Virus record (IMG/VR): IMGVR_UViG_3300033076_000638
Coordinates: 2,887-66,886 of that record
DNA from: a virus
Lineage: Duplodnaviria; Caudoviricetes
Length of the DNA stretch: 64,000 nt
Reading direction: 5' to 3' (one strand)
Shown: one piece after another, positions 1 through 8,057 of the stretch
How positions within the stretch are numbered: the stretch's first letter is position 1
Layout of the letters: each line of letters opens with the position of its first letter
The notes under the pieces: generated by a model
The model's database searches: none
What the model saw: only the letters and a program-made list of their open reading frames with translations
What the model was told of the DNA's origin: nothing
Made by a program: the position numbers and the translations under genes

Positions 1-762
1 GCTTTTGGAACAGTAGCATTAGCACAAAGCACCGCATCAACAGCAGCAGGTAAAGTAATTGATGCAGTTTCACAAGGCGCAGAATACTTGAAAAACAGTT
101 CAACAGGAAAAATTGTAAACGATTTCATTCAAGCTGCCGCAAATGCACCAAGATTGAATTATGGACCACAAGTAACAAATACTGTGTCGACCATTCGTTT
201 GAGTATGCCAGACACATTAAACTTCTCTTATGGTATTCAATATGACAAGTTAAGTGTTGCTGATGCAGCAGGTTCTGTACCTTTGGTTGGCCAAATTGCA
301 AGAGCCATCACTTCTGGTATCAAAGACAACGCAGCAGGACGATTGGCATTAAATAAATTGGGTTACGTTTTCAACCCACAAGAACAGCAGATTTTTGAAG
401 GTATTGACTTCCGTGAATATGATATGACATTCATTTTCACACCAATTTCTGAAAGAGAAGCAAATACAGTAAAAGAAATCATCAAAACATTTAGAAAGTA
501 TGCTGCACCAACAATTAACAACAAATTGTCTGGTTTCTTCTTTACACCACCTTCAGTTTTTGACGTATCTTTCTTTTTCAATGGTCAACCAAACCACAAT
601 CTAAACCCAATTAGAAGAAGTGTAATAACAAATATTAACGTAGATTATGCACCAAACGGTTGGGCAGCACTTAGAAACGGTGCACCTGTACAAACAACAT
701 TGACAATTTCCTTCAGAGAAACAGAACTTGTCGATAGAACATCAATAGAATCCGAAAAATGA
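1..762 (+). CDS. gp48: Baseplate tail-tube cap, T4 gp48-like (5' truncated by window edge)
   Basis: Frame 1 is open from base 1, so the real start is upstream of the track's start at 88. Motif NPQEQQIFEGIDFREYDMTFIFTPISEREA of the gp48/gp54/gp19 family; directly upstream of gp53. Confidence 0.8.
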   Translation, partial: AFGTVALAQSTASTAAGKVIDAVSQGAEYLKNSSTGKIVNDFIQAAANAPRLNYGPQVTNTVSTIRLSMPDTLNFSYGIQYDKLSVADAAGSVPLVGQIARAITSGIKDNAAGRLALNKLGYVFNPQEQQIFEGIDFREYDMTFIFTPISEREANTVKEIIKTFRKYAAPTINNKLSGFFFTPPSVFDVSFFFNGQPNHNLNPIRRSVITNINVDYAPNGWAALRNGAPVQTTLTISFRETELVDRTSIESEK

Positions 763-1346
763 AATATTTTGCCAGCACTCCAAAAATAGCAGTAACGGAT
801 AAATTTGGTAATTCTGTTGTATACAGAAATATCATGGCCAGATTGAGTATCATACCATCGGTATTGAAAAATCCTTTATTGTATTATGAATATGATGTGC
901 AAGATGGTGATACACCTGAGGTTGTTGCACACAAATACTACGGTGATGTTAACCGTTATTGGATTGTATTGTTCAGTAATCAAATGATGGATCCACAATG
1001 GGATTGGCCATTAGAGTATAGAAATTTGGTATCCTACATTGAGGACAAGTATCAAGACCCTACTGCTATACATTCATACCAAAAAATAATAACGTTGACT
1101 AACCTAAAAGATAATACCACAACTGTCAACAAATACACAATAAGTCAAGCAGAATTTGATGATATTGTAGAAGAAACAAAAACACTAGACATGGTTAGTG
1201 GTGTTGTTGTGTATACATTAGAGAAAAAATCATTAACAAATTATGAATATGAGGTGGAATTAAATGATGCGAAAAGAAGTATCAAATTATTAAATAGAGA
1301 TTATGCCTCACAATTAGAACAAGAGTTTCAGGCTTTGATGAGTTAA
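759..1346 (+). CDS. gp53: Baseplate wedge protein gp53 (LysM-like)
   Basis: YDVQDGDTPEVVAHKYYGDVNRYWIVLFSNQMMDPQWDWPL is the gp53 signature; ATGA overlap with gp48. Confidence 0.92.
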   Translation: MKYFASTPKIAVTDKFGNSVVYRNIMARLSIIPSVLKNPLLYYEYDVQDGDTPEVVAHKYYGDVNRYWIVLFSNQMMDPQWDWPLEYRNLVSYIEDKYQDPTAIHSYQKIITLTNLKDNTTTVNKYTISQAEFDDIVEETKTLDMVSGVVVYTLEKKSLTNYEYEVELNDAKRSIKLLNRDYASQLEQEFQALMS

Positions 1347-1347
1347 T

Positions 1348-2688
1348 ATGGATGATTTTTCAGACACAACACCGGGTAGTTACACTACACAAGATGCCGG
1401 TATAGATAAAATTGCATTGACCACCGCTGGTGGTGATGTAATTGATTTGAAAAGATTGGTTATCGAATTGTCCTATTTTGAGGACATTTACAGTTTCTCG
1501 GCCTCCGGTTACGTTATGTTGAGAGATTCTTTGGGTCTTATCGAAAAGATGCAGATTACTGGCAAAGAATTGATTGACATTTCTTTTGGTAGGATGCGTG
1601 ACGGTCAAAAGAACGTCAAAAAGACATTCAGAGTCTATAAAATTGGTGATAGGAAGCCAACAGGAAATTTAAGTAGTGAAACTTATAAACTATATTTCTG
1701 TTCGGAAGAATTAATATTGTCAGAACAAATAAAGGTATCCAAGTCATATACAGGATGGAAGATATCTGATATGGTGACAGACATATTGTTTCACAAACTT
1801 AAAACACCAAACAGTAAACTGTACCAAATAGAATCAACAACAGGTCTGTATGACTTTGTTGTACCGTTACTGAAGCCATTTGAAGCAATCAGTTGGTTGT
1901 CTTTGTATGCACGACCATCTTCTACGGATTTGGTTGGTGCTGATATGTTGTTGTTTGAAAACAAGAACGGATTTAATTTTAGATCCATTTCAACGATGAT
2001 GGCACAAAATCCATACACAACATATGTGTATCAACAAAACAACTTGGATAATGACTTACAGAGTTTTGATAGTAAAACAAGGTCTGTGTTAAAATTTGAA
2101 ATTGTAAAAACTTTCGATTCATTGAAAGAAACATCATCTGGTGCATATGCAAACAGAACAATTACAATTGATCCATTGACAAGGTCTTATAAGGTTACAG
2201 ATTTTGATTATGACCAATACACAAAACAAATTAAACCAATGAATGGTTCTGGTGTATTGCCAAATTCCACCAACAGATTGGGTTTGAAACCAAATCAGGC
2301 ATACGAAGGTTCGTTGAAGGTTCTTTGGGGTAATTCTGAAGAAACAACCGTTCCATACATAAAAGACCGTGCAGGTTCGGTAGCAAAAGACATATTTGCA
2401 GAAACCTACGTTCGTTATAGAACCGCACAGATGGCACTAGCAAATCACACGGTCGTTAAACTGGTTATTCCTGGTGATCCTGGACTGGTGGCCGGCAGCA
2501 CAATCAAGTTCGATATGTTTTCTTTGACTGGTGGTACCGAAAAAGATTTAGATAAGTTTTATTCTGGTAAATATTTGGTTACGGCAGTTAGACACGTATT
2601 GCAATCACAAGGTGTATACCAAACGATTGTTGAAATCGCAAAAGAAAGTTCTATGGCTACGTACCAATCAGTATCTACAATTAAGTGA
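1348..2688 (+). CDS. Putative baseplate hub protein (gp27/VgrG-hub-like)
   Basis: Lies between gp53 and gp5. Motifs YFEDIYSFSASGYVMLRDS, LFENKNGFNFRSI and IPGDPGLVAGSTI..SGKYLVTAVRH resemble hub proteins of T4-like phages. Confidence 0.65.
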   Translation: MDDFSDTTPGSYTTQDAGIDKIALTTAGGDVIDLKRLVIELSYFEDIYSFSASGYVMLRDSLGLIEKMQITGKELIDISFGRMRDGQKNVKKTFRVYKIGDRKPTGNLSSETYKLYFCSEELILSEQIKVSKSYTGWKISDMVTDILFHKLKTPNSKLYQIESTTGLYDFVVPLLKPFEAISWLSLYARPSSTDLVGADMLLFENKNGFNFRSISTMMAQNPYTTYVYQQNNLDNDLQSFDSKTRSVLKFEIVKTFDSLKETSSGAYANRTITIDPLTRSYKVTDFDYDQYTKQIKPMNGSGVLPNSTNRLGLKPNQAYEGSLKVLWGNSEETTVPYIKDRAGSVAKDIFAETYVRYRTAQMALANHTVVKLVIPGDPGLVAGSTIKFDMFSLTGGTEKDLDKFYSGKYLVTAVRHVLQSQGVYQTIVEIAKESSMATYQSVSTIK

Positions 2689-2695
2689 GAAATAA

Positions 2696-3838
2696 ATGGG
2701 AAATTACGTAACAAAATCCACTAACATATGGACTGGTGTTGTTGAAGATACAAAAGATCCACTAAACCTTGGTCGTTGTAAGGTACGTGTGTTTGGTGTA
2801 CACTCAGACAATTTACAAGAAGTTCCTACTGCAACATTGCCTTGGGCGACACCAGTAACACCACCAAATTCTAGTAAATCATTTTCAACTTTGCTTGAGG
2901 GTGATTATGTTATTGGTTATTTCCAAGATGGTGAAGGTTCTCAAGTTCCAGTAATTTTGGGTTCAACTCCTGCTGTATTCTCAAAAGCATACAACACAGC
3001 AAAAGGGTTTTCACCACAAAGTAAAGACCCAATCAAAACAGATTTGCCGGCAGGCCAGGCGCATGGACCAGTCACAACACCACCTTCCGCAAGAGGTGAT
3101 ATTGCAAATACTGCCATCTATTACACAAACAAAACATTAGACCATGCTTGTGATTTTAGATACCAAATTAACTTGGATGTAGGATTAGGTACATTTATCA
3201 ATCCAGTTACTGCCATACAACAAGCAATCAAAGCAGGTAAAAATAAAGCTGCCATGCAAATGAGATTGTTGGTTGGTGTAATGGCAGATAAGTTGAGAAA
3301 AGCAGTCAACGCACTTATTGCTATTATGGGATTGGATAAAACTGGTGTTTTGTCTATGAGTTATTCTGTGGCAAAAGATATTTTCAGAAAAATCAATGAA
3401 ATGACTATGAAAGTTGCTGAAGTTGTTGAATTGGCAACATATTATATTTCATTAGTGAAAGAAATACAACAAATTATTGATTATCTAAAGAGTTTGCCTG
3501 CAAGAATCTTGGCAATGGTACAAGATTGTATCTTTGGTTTTGTCAATTCGGTCAAAAACTTTGTCAGTCAAGTCAAATCTATTCCAGGTGCAGTTCAAAA
3601 CTCGGTTGAGAATGTTTTTACGCAATTAACATCTTCTGCAAACGAAACATTAAATCTTGTGAATGCTTCCGCAGCTGCACATCCTGTGCCAGCGTCTTTG
3701 TCTACAATAATTACAAATCCAGGTGAAGCCTCTGCAAATTTAGCAAATACATACTTGAGTACCTTTGCAAATACTGAAACCACACTATCAAATAGTACAG
3801 CAAATTCATATAATAAAAACAAAACACAATCGCCATGA
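2696..3838 (+). CDS. gp5: gp5 N-terminal part: OB-fold hub domain plus helical extension, no lysozyme
   Basis: WTGVVEDTKDPLNLGRCKVRVFGVH..LPWA..GDYVIGYFQDGEGSQVPVILGS is the gp5 OB-fold signature. Confidence 0.85.
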   Translation: MGNYVTKSTNIWTGVVEDTKDPLNLGRCKVRVFGVHSDNLQEVPTATLPWATPVTPPNSSKSFSTLLEGDYVIGYFQDGEGSQVPVILGSTPAVFSKAYNTAKGFSPQSKDPIKTDLPAGQAHGPVTTPPSARGDIANTAIYYTNKTLDHACDFRYQINLDVGLGTFINPVTAIQQAIKAGKNKAAMQMRLLVGVMADKLRKAVNALIAIMGLDKTGVLSMSYSVAKDIFRKINEMTMKVAEVVELATYYISLVKEIQQIIDYLKSLPARILAMVQDCIFGFVNSVKNFVSQVKSIPGAVQNSVENVFTQLTSSANETLNLVNASAAAHPVPASLSTIITNPGEASANLANTYLSTFANTETTLSNSTANSYNKNKTQSP

Positions 3839-4671
3839 GTGAAAAACCAAGTTTCTACAAAGGGTTCTTTGAACCGGAATCCGCTGCAAATACAGATTAC
3901 CAACCAGAATATCGTTACAATAATGTAACTGCCACACCACGTGGTCATATGTTTGAGTTGGATGATACACCAACACGTGAACGTATCAGACTTTCACACC
4001 GTTCAGGCACCTTTATCGAAATGCACCCCAATGGTGACGAGGTACACAAGGTTTTCGGTGACGGTTACGAAATTACAATCAAAGACAAGAACGTTTTAAT
4101 TAAAGGTACCTGTAATATTACTGTCGAAGGTGACTGTAATATGCACGTTATGGGTGATAAAATTGAAACGATTGACGGCAACTTTGAACAACACATCAAG
4201 GGCAACTACACACAAGTTGTTGAAAAGACAAGTAATATCACCACAGTAAACAATATGAGAATAACTGCTGGTGCTGGAATAGCAGGTTCATTGACAATAT
4301 CAACAGGTGATTGTCTGATGTTGAACTGTGACTTATCCACCGAAGGTGAAGTTACTGCTAATAAGATTACATCACGTTCACGTATTGATGCCATGACTGG
4401 TATGAGTGCGGGTCCTGACGGTTTCGTTACACTAACTGGTGGTGTAGGAGTTGGTGTACCTGTTGCGGTACCAACAAAAATCATATGTTCCACAGATATT
4501 ATCGCAGGAACAACAGTTGACGCAGGCGTTTCAGTAAACGCACCTTCTGGTAATTTTGGTGTTATGTCTGCCATTTTGATGACAGACGATTTCAATACCA
4601 CAATATATGACACACATATACATCCATCACCCAAGGGTCCTACTGGACCACCAACAACAAAGATGGTTTAA
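3835..4671 (+). CDS. gp5: gp5 C-terminal part: beta-helical central spike with terminal HxH motif
   Basis: YNNVTATPRGHMFELDDTPTRERIRLSHRSGTFIEMHPNGDEVHKVFGDGYEI is a gp5 motif. It is followed by beta-helix repeats (NITVEGDCNMHVMGD) and ends HIHPSPKGPTGPP. Confidence 0.85.
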   Translation: MSEKPSFYKGFFEPESAANTDYQPEYRYNNVTATPRGHMFELDDTPTRERIRLSHRSGTFIEMHPNGDEVHKVFGDGYEITIKDKNVLIKGTCNITVEGDCNMHVMGDKIETIDGNFEQHIKGNYTQVVEKTSNITTVNNMRITAGAGIAGSLTISTGDCLMLNCDLSTEGEVTANKITSRSRIDAMTGMSAGPDGFVTLTGGVGVGVPVAVPTKIICSTDIIAGTTVDAGVSVNAPSGNFGVMSAILMTDDFNTTIYDTHIHPSPKGPTGPPTTKMV

Positions 4672-4680
4672 GGAGTTATT

Positions 4681-5484
4681 ATGGGCATTTTTGATAGACT
4701 AGGATATAACCCAACAGCGGTAGGAAACAACGTCATAGAATTCTCTGCAAACGTAGTGAATTATATGAATTCTATTCCTGCCCTATTGGAACCATGGCAA
4801 ATGGATGATATTGCCAATAGTGCAGTATCTGGTTATTTTAAGAATCCTGTTGCAAACGTAACAAATAACATATGGAACACAAGTAACTCCATCATTGCAA
4901 TCACAGGTCTCAGTTCTTCTAATATCAATCAAATCTATGTGGCAGCTTCAAACCTGTCAGTAAACGCAGCAAATTCGTTCTTTGCACACACCAATAGAAT
5001 CTCTGGAGTTTCACCAATTACAGGGAATACTGCTGAATTGCCACATTATAGTACAGCCATAGGTTCTGGTAAGGTTCTTGCAACATTGGTGTTCCAGTCA
5101 GATGGTGTACAGAATAATGCACCAATAATTGGTAATTTCACAAGTTTGTTCATTGAAAATGACTTGGTTTCTTATTATACCAGAATACAAGGATATCCAA
5201 CCACAATACAAAACAGTATGATTGCAACGGATGATGGTTTGGGTGGTTTTACATATTCCTCTAATTTGTCACAGGCCACAGCCAATGCCATGGTTGCAAA
5301 CCTAACATCAATAATGTCACTAATGGATTCCAGAAGAAATGGTGATGTAAACTTCTATAACAACTCACAAAGCGTGATTGCAGATTATAAAGCAGTCAAA
5401 CAGTTCAGTAACATGGGACAGACTCAGACCGAGTTGATTAATTTGGTCGGTTCTGACAAATTGAAGGAAAGACTAAATTCCTAA
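4681..5484 (+). CDS. Hypothetical protein (Asn/Ser-rich, baseplate region)
   Basis: 267 aa ORF with a strong AAGGAG RBS; no recognised motif. Confidence 0.8.
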   Translation: MGIFDRLGYNPTAVGNNVIEFSANVVNYMNSIPALLEPWQMDDIANSAVSGYFKNPVANVTNNIWNTSNSIIAITGLSSSNINQIYVAASNLSVNAANSFFAHTNRISGVSPITGNTAELPHYSTAIGSGKVLATLVFQSDGVQNNAPIIGNFTSLFIENDLVSYYTRIQGYPTTIQNSMIATDDGLGGFTYSSNLSQATANAMVANLTSIMSLMDSRRNGDVNFYNNSQSVIADYKAVKQFSNMGQTQTELINLVGSDKLKERLNS

Positions 5485-5566
5485 AATTTCGAATTTTTGC
5501 GTTCCGGCCCAAGAATTTTCTCCGACAGCTCCAAAGTTCCAAAAAGCGATTTTACTCCTGCGCTAA

Positions 5567-5574
5567 CATAAATA
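5567..5574 (+). promoter_or_regulatory. T4-type late promoter (CATAAATA) before gp25
   Basis: Near match to the TATAAATA gp55-type consensus, immediately upstream of ATG 5579. Confidence 0.65.
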
Positions 5575-5578
5575 AAAG

Positions 5579-5971
5579 ATGGCAAACTTACAAAAGATTT
5601 ACTCCGATATAGACTTCACGTTCACAAGAAACCCTGTGACGAATGATGTTGCCTTGAGTTATGATAGGCAAGCGGTGATTCGTTCCATTAGAAATCTATT
5701 ACAGACAAAACACTATGATAGACTGTTTAATCCTGACTTGGGTTCAAATGTAGATGCAATTTTGTTTGAAAATATGTCAGATATGACTGCAATGACATTG
5801 CAAAGAGAAGTATCATCTTTGATAAAGGCATACGAACCAAGAGCCACACTCAAAGAAGTGACAGTTTCTCCATTATTTGACCAAAATGCGTATAGTGTTA
5901 GTGTAACATTCTACATTGAAAATGCCACACAGTCTACAACCGCAACAATTCTTTTAGAGAGAAACAGATAA
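5579..5971 (+). CDS. gp25: Baseplate wedge subunit gp25
   Basis: YSDIDFTFTRNPVTNDV..AVIRSIRNLLQT..RLFNPDLGS..YEPRA. Confidence 0.95.
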   Translation: MANLQKIYSDIDFTFTRNPVTNDVALSYDRQAVIRSIRNLLQTKHYDRLFNPDLGSNVDAILFENMSDMTAMTLQREVSSLIKAYEPRATLKEVTVSPLFDQNAYSVSVTFYIENATQSTTATILLERNR

Positions 5972-5972
5972 A

Positions 5973-8057
5973 ATGGCCGGTGCAAATTCTAATATTCAAA
6001 TAACAGATTTGGATTTTGACACAATCAAAAACAATCTAAAAACATTCCTACGTTCACAGGACACTTTACAAGACTACGATTACGAAGGTTCTGCACTATC
6101 AACATTATTGGATGTTTTGGCATACAACACACAATATAATGCATACTACCTGAACATGGTGGCCAATGAAATGTTCTTGGACACGGCCATTATGAGAAAT
6201 TCCGTTGTTTCTCAAGCGAAACTGATGAATTATATACCAAAATCTGTCATTTCTCCTTCTGCAAACGTGAACATCGTAGTTAATGGTGTAACAACACCAA
6301 CATTGACATTGACACGTGGCACAAAACTAATGTCTGAAGCAATTGATGGTATCAATTACACATTTACAACAACAGACGAACAAACAACTGAAGTTAACTT
6401 GGCAACCAACGTTGCAGAATTTAACAATGTTGAAATTAAACAAGGTATAATCTCAAGTGCAAGTTTTGTTGTGAATAATGCAACAAACAAAAACTCTCTG
6501 TTCTCTATACCAGATTCTAATATTGATATTACAACTATGACTGTGACTGTTGCACAATCTAGTTCTAATACTGCATACGAAATCTACAAAGAATCCAAGT
6601 CTTTCTTATCACTAAACAGTTCATCAAAAGTATACTTCTTACAAGAAGGTTTGAACGGCAACTATGAGATTTATTTTGGTGATGGTATCTTGGGTAAAAA
6701 ACTGACTGATGGAAATATTGTTACCATCACATACATCAGTTCAAGTGGTACAGCATCCGCTGGTGCAAACAGTTTCATTCTAATGGACACAGTTGGTGGA
6801 TACTCCAACGTTTCCGTAAGTAGTGTTACTGCGGCATCTAAAGGTGCGGAGAGAGAAAGTATTGATTCTATCAAATTCCAAGCACCAAAAGCATACTCTG
6901 CACAAGGTCGTGCTGTGAGTAAAGACGATTACATAACAGCAATTCAACAGAATAATCTAGGTTATTCTTTTGATGCCGTTAACGTTTGGGGTGGAGAAGA
7001 TAACGACCCACCATCATATGGTTCAGTATTCATTTCGTTGAAACCAACAGGCGCATATACATTTACACAAACACAGAAAGAAAAGTTGATTAATGATGTT
7101 ATCAAACCAATCTCTGTGTTGACAGTAGTACCAAAAATTGTAGAACCTGATTACACATATCTACAATTGACAGCAAATGTCTTGTATGATCCTAAGAAAA
7201 CAAATCTGACAGCATCACAACTACAATCAAACATCAAATCGGCTATTGCCAGTTATGCCAATACGGCACTAAACACATTCAACTCTACATTCTCTGTTAA
7301 TGATTTCAATGATGTTGTTAAGTCCACAAACCAATCTATTGTGGCAAATGAAATTGAATTGAAAGTTCAAAAGAAATTCTATCCAAACCTGACAACACCA
7401 ACAACATACAACCTATATTATGGTACAAAGTTGAAGAAAGGTATGTTTGAGAGTGGTATCAATTCAACTCCATCATTCCAACTTAGAAACCCATTGAACT
7501 TGGCACAGACCATTGATGGTGTATTCATCGAGGAAGTTCCTTCTTCTACTGGTGGTGTAGAATCTATTTCTATTTTGAATCCAGGTTTCAGTTATCAGGT
7601 TGCACCGACAGTAACAATCAATGGTGATGGTACTGGTGCAACAGCGATTGCAACATTGAATACTAACGGAACAATTAAATCGGTCAAAGTAACAAACTCA
7701 GGTTCAGGTTACACATCAGCCATTGCAGTCGTTACACCAGCAGTAAGTGATACGACAGGACAATCAGGTTCTTTGGTTGTGAACCTAGAAGGTCGTTATG
7801 GTACGTTGAGAACATATTACAATAACACAAAGAACGTTAAGACTGTGTTAAATAATAATATTGGTACGATTGATTATCAGGCAGGTATTGTTACACTAAA
7901 CTCATTCAATCCATTGAATGTTAACAACGAACTTGGTCAATTTACCATTACTGCAAATCCAACCACAACAATCATATCATCATCTTTCAATAGAATTATT
8001 ACAGTTGATCCGTTTGATGCAAATGCGATTGTTGTTAATGTTACTGCCAAAACATGA
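5973..8057 (+). CDS. gp6: Baseplate wedge subunit gp6
   Basis: LDFDTIKNNLKTFL..DYDYEGSALSTLLDVLAYNTQYNAYYLNMVANEMFLDTA; QGRAVSKDDY. Confidence 0.95.
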   Translation: MAGANSNIQITDLDFDTIKNNLKTFLRSQDTLQDYDYEGSALSTLLDVLAYNTQYNAYYLNMVANEMFLDTAIMRNSVVSQAKLMNYIPKSVISPSANVNIVVNGVTTPTLTLTRGTKLMSEAIDGINYTFTTTDEQTTEVNLATNVAEFNNVEIKQGIISSASFVVNNATNKNSLFSIPDSNIDITTMTVTVAQSSSNTAYEIYKESKSFLSLNSSSKVYFLQEGLNGNYEIYFGDGILGKKLTDGNIVTITYISSSGTASAGANSFILMDTVGGYSNVSVSSVTAASKGAERESIDSIKFQAPKAYSAQGRAVSKDDYITAIQQNNLGYSFDAVNVWGGEDNDPPSYGSVFISLKPTGAYTFTQTQKEKLINDVIKPISVLTVVPKIVEPDYTYLQLTANVLYDPKKTNLTASQLQSNIKSAIASYANTALNTFNSTFSVNDFNDVVKSTNQSIVANEIELKVQKKFYPNLTTPTTYNLYYGTKLKKGMFESGINSTPSFQLRNPLNLAQTIDGVFIEEVPSSTGGVESISILNPGFSYQVAPTVTINGDGTGATAIATLNTNGTIKSVKVTNSGSGYTSAIAVVTPAVSDTTGQSGSLVVNLEGRYGTLRTYYNNTKNVKTVLNNNIGTIDYQAGIVTLNSFNPLNVNNELGQFTITANPTTTIISSSFNRIITVDPFDANAIVVNVTAKT

